NCBI RefSeq assembly: GCF_003231495.1
Contig: NZ_PQWO01000001.1
Location: forward strand, 1-32,000
DNA: 32,000 nucleotides
Source: Acaryochloris thomasi RCC1774
GTDB taxonomy: Bacteria; Cyanobacteriota; Cyanobacteriia; Thermosynechococcales; Thermosynechococcaceae
Direction: 5' to 3'
Shown here one piece after another: positions 15,407 to 24,822 of the stretch (within the stretch, counting starts at the first letter, position 1; each line of letters opens with the position of its first letter). Below the pieces are notes generated by a model. It searched no databases. It saw nothing but the letters and a program-made list of their open reading frames with translations, and was not told the DNA's origin. Position numbers and translations under genes: made by a program.

Positions 15407-16480
15407 TTACGGTTCTGGAACCAGTTCTCGAGGGGCCGATGATAGTTTTTTCAGCAGTTCTGCCGTTTTATCATAGGCAGCCGTTCTATTTTGTTTCTGA
15501 AAGAACTCTGCTGCCGTTTGTAGATCGCGGATGGCCTGCGTCTCGTTGTCGGCTCTCGCATGGACGAGACCCCGCAATAGGTAAACATCAGAAAAACCAG
15601 GATTGAGGGCGATAGCTTTGTCGTAGTCTGCGATAGCCTTGGGGTCGTCCTTCAAAGTGTCATGGATTAGCCCTCGACTGGCATAGGGCAACGGATCGCG
15701 GGGGGCAAGGGCAACCACTTTGTCATAGTCAGCGATGGCCTTGGGGTAGTCCTTGAGGTCTTTGTATATCTCTGCTCGGAGCAGCAAGGCATAGACATCT
15801 TCTGAATCGAGCGCAATGGCTTGATCAAAGTCTGAGATGGCCTTGGGATAGTCTTTTGAGTCCTTGTATAAACTGCCCCGGATATTGTATGCATAGGCAT
15901 CTTTCGGATCGAGTGCGATCGCTTTATCAAAGTCGGCCAACGCTTTGACAGTATCCTTTAGGTCTCGATGGATGCTGCCTCGGGCTTTATAGGCGTAGGC
16001 ATCTTCAGGGTTAAGGGCAATGGCTTTGTCGAAATCAGCCAGTGCTTGGGAATTCTTTTGGATCTCTTTGTGGGCAATCCCTCGAGCAAGGTAGGCGTAG
16101 ACGTACTTGGGATCAAGGGCAATGGCTTTGTCATAGTCTGCAATTGCCTTTGAGTCGGCATTGATGGCTTTGTAGGTATTGCCGCGAACGGTGTAGGCAT
16201 AGACATCTTTGGGGTTGAGGGCGATGGCTTTGCTGTAGGTTGAGATCGCGCCTTGATAATCCCCTTGCTTGTACTTTTCGAGAGCTTGCTGATGCAAATC
16301 ACCGGTTGTTGAGGCTTGACTGAGCCAATAACCGGTAGCTGGCATAGCCGAGCCTGATGCTTTGTCAACAGTCTCAAGACTAGGGTGACTCGCCCAGGCC
16401 GCTTTCAAGGGCATGGTCCAGGTGGACAGGGGCAAGATAAAGAGAAGCAGAAAGCGGGAAGATTTCATCACTGAAAACAT
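15407..16480 (-). CDS. Exported tetratricopeptide-repeat protein (~8 tandem TPRs)
   Basis: Signal peptide MFSVMKSSRFLLLFILPLSTWTMPLKAAWA, followed by 34-aa units of the form A(I/L)ADYDKAIALDPKDAYAY..RG..YKDLKD. Confidence 0.85.
   Translation of the reverse strand: MFSVMKSSRFLLLFILPLSTWTMPLKAAWASHPSLETVDKASGSAMPATGYWLSQASTTGDLHQQALEKYKQGDYQGAISTYSKAIALNPKDVYAYTVRGNTYKAINADSKAIADYDKAIALDPKYVYAYLARGIAHKEIQKNSQALADFDKAIALNPEDAYAYKARGSIHRDLKDTVKALADFDKAIALDPKDAYAYNIRGSLYKDSKDYPKAISDFDQAIALDSEDVYALLLRAEIYKDLKDYPKAIADYDKVVALAPRDPLPYASRGLIHDTLKDDPKAIADYDKAIALNPGFSDVYLLRGLVHARADNETQAIRDLQTAAEFFQKQNRTAAYDKTAELLKKLSSAPRELVPEP
15488..16297 (-). repeat. 102-nt periodic coding repeat (TPR array)
   Basis: Recurring GCAATGGCTTTGTC.TAGTC.GC...GCCTT...GGCATAGACATC blocks every 102 nt. 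These generate the spurious antisense ORFs at 15667-15930, 15958-16377 and 15968-16153. Confidence 0.7.
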
Positions 16481-16748
16481 TTATTTTGACAGAGTCTTGA
16501 GGCTTATTCTATCTCTAACATTAGTACTAAAACCTGTTATTGCGCAGGTCATTGCATCAGGACTATCCACTCACTTGATCTCTCAAAACCAGTGTTTTTA
16601 TCCCGTCATTAAATCGCGAAGCTTCTGGACCTTCGCTCTGGGCATAAAAATCCGAAGGAATTAAAATAGAGAAAGCTTAAATCGACTGAACAGAGTCTAA
16701 TACAAGCTATATAAAGTAGCGTCATTGTCCCAGCTAAATCTATTCTCT

Positions 16749-17336
16749 ATGAATAACCTTTTATCCAAGATCGCAGTGATATTCTCTTTTATTGCCTTAG
16801 CTGGCAGTGGATTTGCTGTATCTCGCGTGAGCCAACTTGAGTTATCGCTACCGAGTGCATCGGTTTCCAGCTCAGTTGTGCCAGACTCTCCCCCAGAGGA
16901 CTCTCCAACTGCGCAAGAGACTGACCCCGACGAATCTTCTAGAAACGGGCAAAGCATTCAGTTAGGACAGTTTTCTCAGGTGGCTCTTGATGGTCAAGCC
17001 AGGGTTGAGATCACGGCGGCAAAGCGGCTTGAAACCGCGGAAGGCTCGGCCGACAATATGATAGTGCTAGAGCTGCGGTATCGTCGTCTTGTCGATACCG
17101 TCGTCGGCAATGGCTATATTCATTTGGGTAAGGCCCAGGCACGCAATCCTGACACGAGAGAAATCTATCGCCCGATCGCCAACGACAAGAAAACCGCCCC
17201 TTTTTTCGCTAAAACGCTGCCGACTGATGCCTGGGCCGATGCTTTCGTATGGTTGCAGGTACCTAAAGAGATCGACACAGTCGATGTCGTGCTCGACAAA
17301 ACCCCAGTATTCAAAGGCGTGCCGATCTCGAGCTAA
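16749..17336 (+). CDS. N-terminally anchored hypothetical protein, possibly DUF4352-like
   Basis: MNNLLSKIAVIFSFIALAGSGFAV anchor, then an S/P/D/E-rich linker, then a beta-rich domain (IVLELRYRRL..., AFVWLQVPKEIDTVDVVL). The ATG at 16749 is preferred to the TTG at 16725. Confidence 0.55.
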   Translation: MNNLLSKIAVIFSFIALAGSGFAVSRVSQLELSLPSASVSSSVVPDSPPEDSPTAQETDPDESSRNGQSIQLGQFSQVALDGQARVEITAAKRLETAEGSADNMIVLELRYRRLVDTVVGNGYIHLGKAQARNPDTREIYRPIANDKKTAPFFAKTLPTDAWADAFVWLQVPKEIDTVDVVLDKTPVFKGVPISS

Positions 17337-17358
17337 AGACGATCGATGTATAAAAAAG

Positions 17359-18276
17359 CTAGGGCTGTTTGGCCAGATCTTTATACACAATCGTTAGGAA
17401 TTTCTCTGGACTCATAAAATCCTGCCCCCACTTTTCGTCATAGTCTGCCGTAGGTTTAGAGGCGATGAAGTCTTCTAGAGAGGTGCCTTTGTCGATGGCG
17501 GCTTGGGTGCGATCTCGCACATCTACTAGCATCTTTCGATAGACCTCTAGCTCAGCGCGGTTCGACAGCGATCCGTGCCCCGGAATAATCTTGGTGGTCT
17601 CAGTTGCCAAGGCCAGAACCTTATCTGCGGCGGCTAACATACCCTCAACAGAACCGCCGCTGGAGGTATCGATGAAGGGATAGCGTCCATTGAAGTAAAC
17701 GTCACCTGTGTGAATCACGTCAGCTTCTTTGAAATGGAGAACGGAATCACCGTCGGTGTGCGCTGGTTCCACATGAAAGGTATGGATCGTTTGGCCGTTG
17801 AGATGAAAGGTAGTGGTGTCGTTGAACGTGACCACCGGTAGCGCGGCTTTTGGTGACGCGGGTACTGTGCGCTGGAACGCTTCCATAAACTGTTCGCGGC
17901 TCATCCGTTCACGCACCTGATCATGGGCCACAATGACAACGCCCGCATTGCCCAGATTCTCGTTGCCGCCCGTATGATCGCCGTGCCAGTGGGTGTTGAG
18001 TAAAAATCGAATCGGCTTATCAGTAATTTCTGCAATAGCCGCTTTAATCTTCTCGGTCAGGGGCGCAAACTGGTCATCCACCATAAAAACGCCGTCTTCA
18101 CCAGCAGAGACGCCAATATTGCCGCCTTCACCAACGAGCATGTAGATCCCTTCCGCGACAGGAATCGTTTCAATCTCTGTTTTGCTGAAGTCCTGCTGCT
18201 GAGCCAAGCTCTGGCAGCCTAGGCTGACGATTCCAATGCCGATAGCGGTAGCGAGAACGTGACGACGTAATCCCAT
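17359..18276 (-). CDS. MBL-fold metallo-hydrolase (exported)
   Basis: HWHGDHTGG (H-x-H-x-D-H) plus downstream His and Asp ligands. Signal peptide MGLRRHVLATAIGIGIVSLGCQS if translation starts at 18276. The track start at 18312 is the alternative. Confidence 0.85.
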   Translation of the reverse strand: MGLRRHVLATAIGIGIVSLGCQSLAQQQDFSKTEIETIPVAEGIYMLVGEGGNIGVSAGEDGVFMVDDQFAPLTEKIKAAIAEITDKPIRFLLNTHWHGDHTGGNENLGNAGVVIVAHDQVRERMSREQFMEAFQRTVPASPKAALPVVTFNDTTTFHLNGQTIHTFHVEPAHTDGDSVLHFKEADVIHTGDVYFNGRYPFIDTSSGGSVEGMLAAADKVLALATETTKIIPGHGSLSNRAELEVYRKMLVDVRDRTQAAIDKGTSLEDFIASKPTADYDEKWGQDFMSPEKFLTIVYKDLAKQP

Positions 18277-18346
18277 AATTTGCTTCTTTACTTCCGGTTC
18301 ACCTAATTGCATTTATTTTAAGCTGTTGCGACTGTGTATTCCTGCG

Positions 18347-19030
18347 TTATCGGGATTCGTTGACGCTTCCCCCCTGCCAGCGATTGAGAGGGACGCAATC
18401 AATGTCGAGCTGGTCGAGGGCACGGGCGACAACAAAGTCAGCCAAATCTTCAATGGTTTGAGGCTGATGGTACCAGGCAGGAATCGCGGGTACGATGCGC
18501 GCACCCGCTTCGGCTAGAGCGGTCAGATTCCGCAGGTGAATGAGGCTAAACGGCGTTTCTCGCGGCACAAGGATAAGCTTGCGGCCTTCTTTGAGCTGAA
18601 CGTCGGCAGATCGTTCGAGCAAGTCGGAGCTGAGACCCGCTGCAATTTTGGCCACAGTACTCATGCTGCAGGGCATCACCACCATGCCCAAAGCGCGGCA
18701 GGAACCACTGGCAATGCCTGCCCCTACATTGGTGGCAGAGTGGCAGATCAGTTTGCCGCCCAGCTCGTTGGCCTGTTCGCGCCAGAACAGCTCTTGCTTA
18801 TCTAGGTCTGCGGGCATCTGAATATCTTGCTCCGCTTTCCAGACTTGGTAAGTGGCTTTAGAGGCGACCAGCTCGACGGTGTAATGGGCCTTTAATAAAA
18901 ATTTGAGCGCTCGAACGGCATAGATAAGGCCCGATGCACCGCTCACCCCTAAAATGACGGGTCGGTCAGAATGGTTCAGGTCAGGCACGCTGATCACGTT
19001 GATGAAAAGGACTGAAGGCTGCTGAGGCAA
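18347..19030 (-). CDS. ubiX: UbiX-family flavin prenyltransferase
   Basis: RPVILGVSGASGLIYAVRALKFLL...VVMPCSMSTVAKIAAGLSSDLLERSADVQLKEGRKLILVPRETPFS..HLRN is the UbiX/Pad1 signature. The TTG start at 19030 is uncertain. Confidence 0.85.
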   Translation of the reverse strand: MPQQPSVLFINVISVPDLNHSDRPVILGVSGASGLIYAVRALKFLLKAHYTVELVASKATYQVWKAEQDIQMPADLDKQELFWREQANELGGKLICHSATNVGAGIASGSCRALGMVVMPCSMSTVAKIAAGLSSDLLERSADVQLKEGRKLILVPRETPFSLIHLRNLTALAEAGARIVPAIPAWYHQPQTIEDLADFVVARALDQLDIDCVPLNRWQGGSVNESR

Positions 19031-19116
19031 CGTTTCATTATAGCGTCGCGTTTAAGGGGCAATATTGCTGGTGGCGGGCTAGAATCAATCCCGGTAGCGC
19101 AGTAAGGAAGACAGGC

Positions 19117-19605
19117 ATGGAAAAGCAGACCGTCGGGCGGCGGCTAGCGATTTTTATGGTGCTGGCTTGGATGGCTGTAATGTTCCAGTTTTCAACTCAG
19201 CTTTGGAACAGCACCCATACAAAGGCCATCCTGGAGAGGGTTCTGTCTGCGCCTTTTGTGCCCGATGTTGTGGCCTCGCTTGATGCCCTCAATTTTGGCG
19301 TGCGGAAGGCGGCTCACTTTACGGAGTATGCGGTGCTAGCGGGGGTTGCCTATGGAGCGGCGGCACTCGGGTTTCAGCGACCCAGAACCCGGTCGCTTCA
19401 GATAGCTTTAACCTGCGCCATTCTGTTTGCTATTTCAGATGAATGGCACCAACGCTTTGTTCCGGGCCGCACGTCTACGCCCCAGGATGTGGGGATTGAT
19501 ATTCTGGGAGCCTGCGTGGTGGTGATTGCGATCGCACTTTGGCAATGGCGAAGGCCGGCCTCTAAAAATTCCACAGCAGAGGATTATCATCTAAATGATC
19601 GGTAA
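19117..19605 (+). CDS. VanZ-family membrane protein
   Basis: Four predicted TM helices with KAAHFTEYAVLAGV and SDEWHQRFVPGRTSTPQDVGIDILGA, the VanZ-like motif. Confidence 0.75.
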   Translation: MEKQTVGRRLAIFMVLAWMAVMFQFSTQLWNSTHTKAILERVLSAPFVPDVVASLDALNFGVRKAAHFTEYAVLAGVAYGAAALGFQRPRTRSLQIALTCAILFAISDEWHQRFVPGRTSTPQDVGIDILGACVVVIAIALWQWRRPASKNSTAEDYHLNDR

Positions 19606-20521
19606 CGCCGCGACCGATTTCATCAATAGCTGATCGTTCAGATTCAGATAAAGTGACTTGCGCTGCCTGAGCATTATCTTGCACCTGCACAGCATTTCTA
19701 GCACCTGCGATCGCAACCGTCTGAGGCTGAGCCGTTATCCAAGCAAGAGCCAACTGCGCGAGCGTAATCCCCTTACGTTCGGCAATGGGCCGTAGCTGAG
19801 AGAGTGCCGCCTGGGCACGCTCATAATTCTCACCCTGAAAGAGCTTATTGCTGGCTCGATTATCTGCAGAATCAAACTGATGCTGAGGACCAAATTTCCC
19901 TGTAAGTAGCCCCTGCGCCAGTGGCGAATAGGCAAAGATCGTAATCTGATGCTCAATGCAATAGGCCTGAGCCTCCTGTTCTACATAGCGCCAGAAGAGA
20001 GAATAGGGAACCTGAAGGCTGTCAATGCGGCCATAGTTCGCCGCTTCGGCAAGCTGCGCCTGAGAAAAGTTAGAAACGCCAATGGCACGGATTTTGCCCT
20101 GCTCTTTGAGTTTTAAGAGAGCCGTCATCGTTTCTTCAATCGGCACGACTTTACTGTCAAAAGCCCCTGAAGGCCAGTGGATAAAATAGAGGTCAATATG
20201 GTCTGTCTGCAGGTTCCTGAGAGAGTTTTCGCAGGCTGTGAGCACCTGACCGTGTTGCAAATGGGTTGGGAACACCTTAGTCACATAAACAAGCCGATCA
20301 CGGATATCTGAGACCGCTTCTGCCACAATTTTTTCAGAGTGCCCTTCACCGTAGATCTCTGCCGTGTCAATGGTGGTGATACCTGCATCGACCGCTGCTC
20401 GAATCGCGGCAATGGAGTCCTGATCTTCAATACCAACCCAGCGGCTTTTCCCGGCTTGCCAGGTTCCCATCAAGATCGGGGTAACCTGAATAGTAGTGGT
20501 CCCCAACTGCCGAGTTTGCAT
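19562..20521 (-). CDS. Aldo/keto reductase
   Basis: GITTIDTAEIYGEGHSE, IDLYFIHWP, IRAIGVSNF and SPLAQGLLTGK are canonical AKR motifs. The 3' end overlaps the VanZ gene convergently by 44 nt. Confidence 0.9.
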   Translation of the reverse strand: MQTRQLGTTTIQVTPILMGTWQAGKSRWVGIEDQDSIAAIRAAVDAGITTIDTAEIYGEGHSEKIVAEAVSDIRDRLVYVTKVFPTHLQHGQVLTACENSLRNLQTDHIDLYFIHWPSGAFDSKVVPIEETMTALLKLKEQGKIRAIGVSNFSQAQLAEAANYGRIDSLQVPYSLFWRYVEQEAQAYCIEHQITIFAYSPLAQGLLTGKFGPQHQFDSADNRASNKLFQGENYERAQAALSQLRPIAERKGITLAQLALAWITAQPQTVAIAGARNAVQVQDNAQAAQVTLSESERSAIDEIGRGVTDHLDDNPLLWNF

Positions 20522-20559
20522 TTACGCCTCCTTACTATCTGTCGCGTGACGCCGTTTTT

Positions 20560-21210
20560 ATGAAATTTCGCTTTTCTCTGCTTTTGGCGGGTGTGCTTCT
20601 CACCCTAACGCCAATCAAATCTTGGGGACAATCTATTACCAGCCTCAACCAGCAACTGCAGCAGTCTGTGGGCAGTCAAAACTGGTCTCAGGCCATCCAA
20701 ATCATTGATCAAATGGTGAAGGTCTCGCCCGGACAGGCGGCCAGCCTCAACCAGTACCGCTCTGAGCTTCAGCGGCTGCAGCAGTCTCAACCCGCTCAAA
20801 CCTATAGCGCCCCCACCGCAGCCAAAGCGGGCGTTGTTGGACAGATTCCGATTAAGCGCCGCAGTGCGGGTGTACCGGTGGTCGATGTCACCTTCAATGG
20901 GCGGCAGTCCTTTGAAATGTTGGTGGACTCAGGGGCAAGCTTCACGGTCATTACCCGACCGATGGCAAAGGCGCTGGGGATTACGGGTGCTCATATTGTT
21001 GATACAGTGCGGGTTTCTACGGCCAACGGCACAACCCAGTTTCCGATTGTATACGTCAGCTCTGTTGATGTTGGGGGCTTGAGGAGCACGCAGATTCCGG
21101 TTGCGATCGCAGGTCCTGACATGAAACTGGGCCTACTGGGCCAAGATTTTCTGCAGAAGTATGACGTTTTGATTCGCGCCAGACAGATCGAGTTCTCCCA
21201 ACAGCGGTAG
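20560..21210 (+). CDS. Retropepsin-like (clan AA) aspartic protease, exported
   Basis: A signal peptide and a Gln-rich region, then FEMLVDSGASFTVI (the D-S-G active site) and GLLGQDFL. Confidence 0.8.
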   Translation: MKFRFSLLLAGVLLTLTPIKSWGQSITSLNQQLQQSVGSQNWSQAIQIIDQMVKVSPGQAASLNQYRSELQRLQQSQPAQTYSAPTAAKAGVVGQIPIKRRSAGVPVVDVTFNGRQSFEMLVDSGASFTVITRPMAKALGITGAHIVDTVRVSTANGTTQFPIVYVSSVDVGGLRSTQIPVAIAGPDMKLGLLGQDFLQKYDVLIRARQIEFSQQR

Positions 21211-21292
21211 GCGCTTTTCCCGCGCCGGGCATCCGTTTCGGGGTACAGACTATGACAGGATAGGAAAGAATACTCAATCTCAACCTGATCCT

Positions 21293-22813
21293 ATGTCTGA
21301 CGTACATCCTTCGATTGCTCAGCACTATCATCAGCGAACAAAATACGATCCAGAGACCATTAACCAGCGCGGTCGCGCCCTGGATTTTTCTCAGCAGCCG
21401 GTGCCCTTTAAGACCTACAAGGTGGGGACAGAGATTGACCTGAAGCCTTACCTAGAAGGTGAGCCGGTCACCGATCCGCAGATGCGGCAGCGACAGCGTC
21501 TGTCGCATCTGCTCTATCACAGCTATGGCGTTACTGCCGTAGTACCCTACCCTAACAACCCGTTTTATATGCGAGCAGCCCCCTCAGCAGGCGGACTGTA
21601 TCCAGCAGAGATCTATTTGATTGCCCGTGAAGATGCAGTCCTGCCCACGGGCCTCTATAACTATCAGGTGCAGACCCATTCCCTGTGGCGATTTTGGGAC
21701 AATCAGGTGTGGTCGGCTTTAGAAGAAGCCTGTCTCTGGCATCCGGCCTTGGCTTCGACGCAGGTAGTGTTAGTAATCACAGCGGTGTTTTGGCGATCGG
21801 CTTGGCGCTATGAAGATCGAGCCTATCGCCGTATTTTTCTTGATAGCGGCCATCTGCTCGGGAATATAGAGCTGGCTGCAGCCATGAATGATTACCGGCC
21901 ACATTTGATGGGCGGCTTTGTCGATGAAGCGCTCAATCAGCTCCTGTATCTTGATGAAGATCAGGAAGGGGCAATTGCGGCAATTGCCCTAGCTGACCTG
22001 CTAGAGATTAATCAGAATTTGCAGCCGACGCCCACCGCGCTGCCGTCAGAGACGGATACGTCCTACCCTGAAATTTTAGATGGGGAGCTGCTTCACTACT
22101 GCCACGAAGCGAGCGAGGTGTATGCCCTAGATGCGGCCTATCCGAAAGATCGTCTGATCTTGTGTGCTGAGGATAAGTATAATTTTCCGTTTTGTCTCAA
22201 GGTGCCGACCACCAGCGAGCCGATCCAGTGGGGAGACTCTTTGACAGAATTGGCGACGACCATTCGAGGGCGACGCTCAACCCGTCGCTTTACAGGGGAT
22301 GCGATTACCCTGCCGGATCTGTCTGCCCTACTTGATTTCACCTACCACCCTGAGCATTACCAAGACCAGGGGCTCGATCCACAGCCGGATACGTTTGATC
22401 TGAGCTTGATTCAAACCTTTGTGGCGGTTTCTGATGTGACAGGTCTAGAGGCGGGCTGCTACTACTACGCGGCCCAGGCCAAGGAGCTGCGTCAGATTCG
22501 GTTTAAAAACTTCCGGCGAGAGCTGCACTACCTCTGTCTGCAACAGGATCTGGGCAGAGATGCGGCGGCGGTGGTTTTCCATACGGCAGATTTAGGGGTT
22601 GCGATCGCAACCTACGGCGACCGGGCCTATCGCTACCTACACATGGATGCGGGCTATCTAGGGCAGCGCCTCAATCTCGCAGCCATTCGACTGCAGCTAG
22701 GGGTGAGCGGCATTGCGGGCTTTTTCGACGATCACGTCAACGAAGTCTTGGGTATTCCCACCGATGAAGCCGTTCTGTACATCACCACATTAGGACAACC
22801 ACCTGCGTCCTAA
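21293..22813 (+). CDS. SagB/ThcOx-family dehydrogenase (tandem nitroreductase-fold domains)
   Basis: 506 aa. YHQRTKY...QPVPFKTYK, PSAGGLYPAEIYL and RRSTRRF are characteristic of the SagB-type nitroreductase family, and the fold is present twice. Confidence 0.8.
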   Translation: MSDVHPSIAQHYHQRTKYDPETINQRGRALDFSQQPVPFKTYKVGTEIDLKPYLEGEPVTDPQMRQRQRLSHLLYHSYGVTAVVPYPNNPFYMRAAPSAGGLYPAEIYLIAREDAVLPTGLYNYQVQTHSLWRFWDNQVWSALEEACLWHPALASTQVVLVITAVFWRSAWRYEDRAYRRIFLDSGHLLGNIELAAAMNDYRPHLMGGFVDEALNQLLYLDEDQEGAIAAIALADLLEINQNLQPTPTALPSETDTSYPEILDGELLHYCHEASEVYALDAAYPKDRLILCAEDKYNFPFCLKVPTTSEPIQWGDSLTELATTIRGRRSTRRFTGDAITLPDLSALLDFTYHPEHYQDQGLDPQPDTFDLSLIQTFVAVSDVTGLEAGCYYYAAQAKELRQIRFKNFRRELHYLCLQQDLGRDAAAVVFHTADLGVAIATYGDRAYRYLHMDAGYLGQRLNLAAIRLQLGVSGIAGFFDDHVNEVLGIPTDEAVLYITTLGQPPAS

Positions 22814-22899
22814 AATCTGTGTTAATTTATACAGTCTGAGGCAAAGTTGGGAACTCTATAAAAAGATAACGCCCAACCGCCATTTATTTGCGACCCGCC

Positions 22900-23139
22900 A
22901 TGAACCCTCCTTCAACGAAGGCCAAACTAGACTCGATCCAACAGCTCCAGACTCGCCTATCGGCAGCCCTAGAACATAACTGCTACCTAGGTGAAGAATT
23001 TCTCGCCAAGCTCTCGATGGATATTGAAGCGCAGCTGCAAGAGCTGGCTATCATGCTAGAGAAGCCCGTCAGTAGCCGCTATAGTTCACCTACCGCTGAG
23101 CTTTCTTGTCCTGGTACATGCGCTGGTCAGCATAGCTAA
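22900..23139 (+). CDS. Small hypothetical protein (79 aa, helical)
   Basis: MNPPSTKAKLDSIQQLQTRLSAALEHNCYLGEEFLAKLSMDIEAQLQELAIMLEK has plausible codon usage. The last 50 nt overlap the GGDEF gene convergently. Weakly supported. Confidence 0.3.
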   Translation: MNPPSTKAKLDSIQQLQTRLSAALEHNCYLGEEFLAKLSMDIEAQLQELAIMLEKPVSSRYSSPTAELSCPGTCAGQHS

Positions 23140-24598
23140 GCAGTTCACCTAGGTCGTTGCCATCACTGGGATGGCAGGCAATGCCAATGCTAGCCGTGAT
23201 CTGCAAATGATAGCCCTCAATATGAGCCGGTTGAGAAAACTTCTCAATCAAACGGTGACGGGTTGCCCATGCAACGCTTTGGTTCGCCCGCGAGAGCAGT
23301 GCCACAAATTCATCACCGCCCAAGCGGGCCACAATGTCACCGTCTCGAATACAGGCCTTGAGGCATTGGGCAACATAGACTAGTACCGCATCACCGATGG
23401 CGTGCCCGTAGGTGTCATTGATGGCCTTAAACTGATTGAGATCGATATAGAGCAGGGTGACAGGCCACTGATCAGATGACCGGAGCGCCTGCTCTGCGCT
23501 CATCTCTAGCTGACGCCGATTGAAGAGTCCCGTGAGGCTATCGAGATAGGCAAACCGCTTGAGCTGCTCCTGCTGCGTCTTTTCAAAGGTGACGTCTCGA
23601 ATAATAATCACAGAGCCAACCTGCTGCCCCCCTGGACTGCGCAGCGATCTTACCTTCACTTCCTTGAGTACCGATCGTTGGCGGCGCGTCAGCTTGATGG
23701 TTTGGGTAACTTCAGACGCCGAACGGCTTGAAAGAACAGGGTTGTAGACGGGGAAAACATCATGGAAAGCCCGTCCGAGAACTTTCGTCTCGTCGCACTC
23801 TCGATAGGCAGGTGGATTAAGATCCACAATGTTGTTGCGGGTATCGAGCAAAATCACGGCCTCTGCCGTATTCAGAAAAACGGTACGGTAGGAAACAGGC
23901 GCCAACCCTAAAAAACGGGCTTTGAAAAGACCAAACTGAATCATGATGCTGCTGATGGCAAAGCCCACAGGCGTTAGGTCGAGGCCATATGGAGTGACAC
24001 CAGCAACAATATAAAGCGCGTTAAAGACAAAAGTGATAAACGTTGCCAGCAACAGGATCAGCGTCTGGCGTCTATAGATGGCAGAACTCGCAGCATAGGC
24101 ATAAAGCAGCACCCCCACCCCAGTCAGCAATATGCTGTACTGATAGGGAATCATCACGTAATTGAACCACAGACCATGCTCAATACTCAGGGCTGGGATC
24201 GGCTCTGTGACGAATGATGTGGAAGACCAAATGAGGCCGTGTAGCGGATCCGTTGCGGCCAATAACAGATTGAGAGCCGGAATAATGAAGAGGGGCACCA
24301 CATTCTTGCGCCGCAGCCAAGCGTCATTGTGGGTGTACCGAAGTGTGAAAATCAGCCAAGCCACAGGGAGCAGGGTAATGCCTAAATACTGAAGTTTTCC
24401 AAAGGTGATGCGGGCCGCTTCAGCAGGGCTAAGGTATTCAAAAACGGTGAAGAAACACCAGATAAAGACGCTACCGGCGAACAAGCTAAAAGCCCTCGCC
24501 CCCGGAATCTCACGGCGCTGCCACGCAAAAATCATGGCGTTGGCCGAAGCAAAAGCCGCGATCGCAGGGACGAGAGCCAGAAGAAGATAGAAACGCAT
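23090..24598 (-). CDS. Diguanylate cyclase: N-terminal 7TM sensor, PAS-like domain, GGDEF domain
   Basis: About 7 hydrophobic helices in residues 1-225, then a PAS-like segment, then LTGLFNRR...GHAIGD...IRDGDIVARLGGDEFVALL. The latter is GGDEF with an RxxD I-site 5 residues upstream. Confidence 0.9.
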   Translation of the reverse strand: MRFYLLLALVPAIAAFASANAMIFAWQRREIPGARAFSLFAGSVFIWCFFTVFEYLSPAEAARITFGKLQYLGITLLPVAWLIFTLRYTHNDAWLRRKNVVPLFIIPALNLLLAATDPLHGLIWSSTSFVTEPIPALSIEHGLWFNYVMIPYQYSILLTGVGVLLYAYAASSAIYRRQTLILLLATFITFVFNALYIVAGVTPYGLDLTPVGFAISSIMIQFGLFKARFLGLAPVSYRTVFLNTAEAVILLDTRNNIVDLNPPAYRECDETKVLGRAFHDVFPVYNPVLSSRSASEVTQTIKLTRRQRSVLKEVKVRSLRSPGGQQVGSVIIIRDVTFEKTQQEQLKRFAYLDSLTGLFNRRQLEMSAEQALRSSDQWPVTLLYIDLNQFKAINDTYGHAIGDAVLVYVAQCLKACIRDGDIVARLGGDEFVALLSRANQSVAWATRHRLIEKFSQPAHIEGYHLQITASIGIACHPSDGNDLGELLSYADQRMYQDKKAQR

Positions 24599-24822
24599 TA
24601 AGCCTAGAAAAAGGATCCCAACTAAAGACTCGCGGAGGCTGCGCTAGAGTCCCGCCGAGAGGAGAATGGGTCAAGAACCAGAACCATGCTTGCTTCGCCC
24701 ATTCCTTTCACCCTAGAGGAACCGACTGCCTCGGTCAATATTTTTTGTTGGCCGAATAATAAAGTTTTTGTAGTTACCCCAAGCTTTATGGACGGTGCTG
24801 AGGACAAAAAGTTCCTGAGTCC

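Noticed and set aside
15488-16297. Regular ~100-nt periodicity that could superficially suggest a CRISPR or other repeat array
   Set aside because: The period of 102 nt corresponds to 34 codons and lies entirely inside one long ORF. There is no alternation of repeat and unique spacer, and no cas genes.
15667-16377. Track ORFs at 15667-15930 (-), 15958-16377 (-) and 15968-16153 (+) inside the TPR gene
   Set aside because: These are alternative-frame or antisense readings of a 102-nt periodic repeat. Their products are low-complexity (P/T/K/S-rich), while the TPR frame gives a textbook repeat protein with a signal peptide.
20560-22813. Calling a TOMM/RiPP biosynthetic cluster from the SagB-family gene
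   Set aside because: No YcaO or cyclodehydratase, no precursor peptide ORF and no transporter or immunity gene is adjacent.
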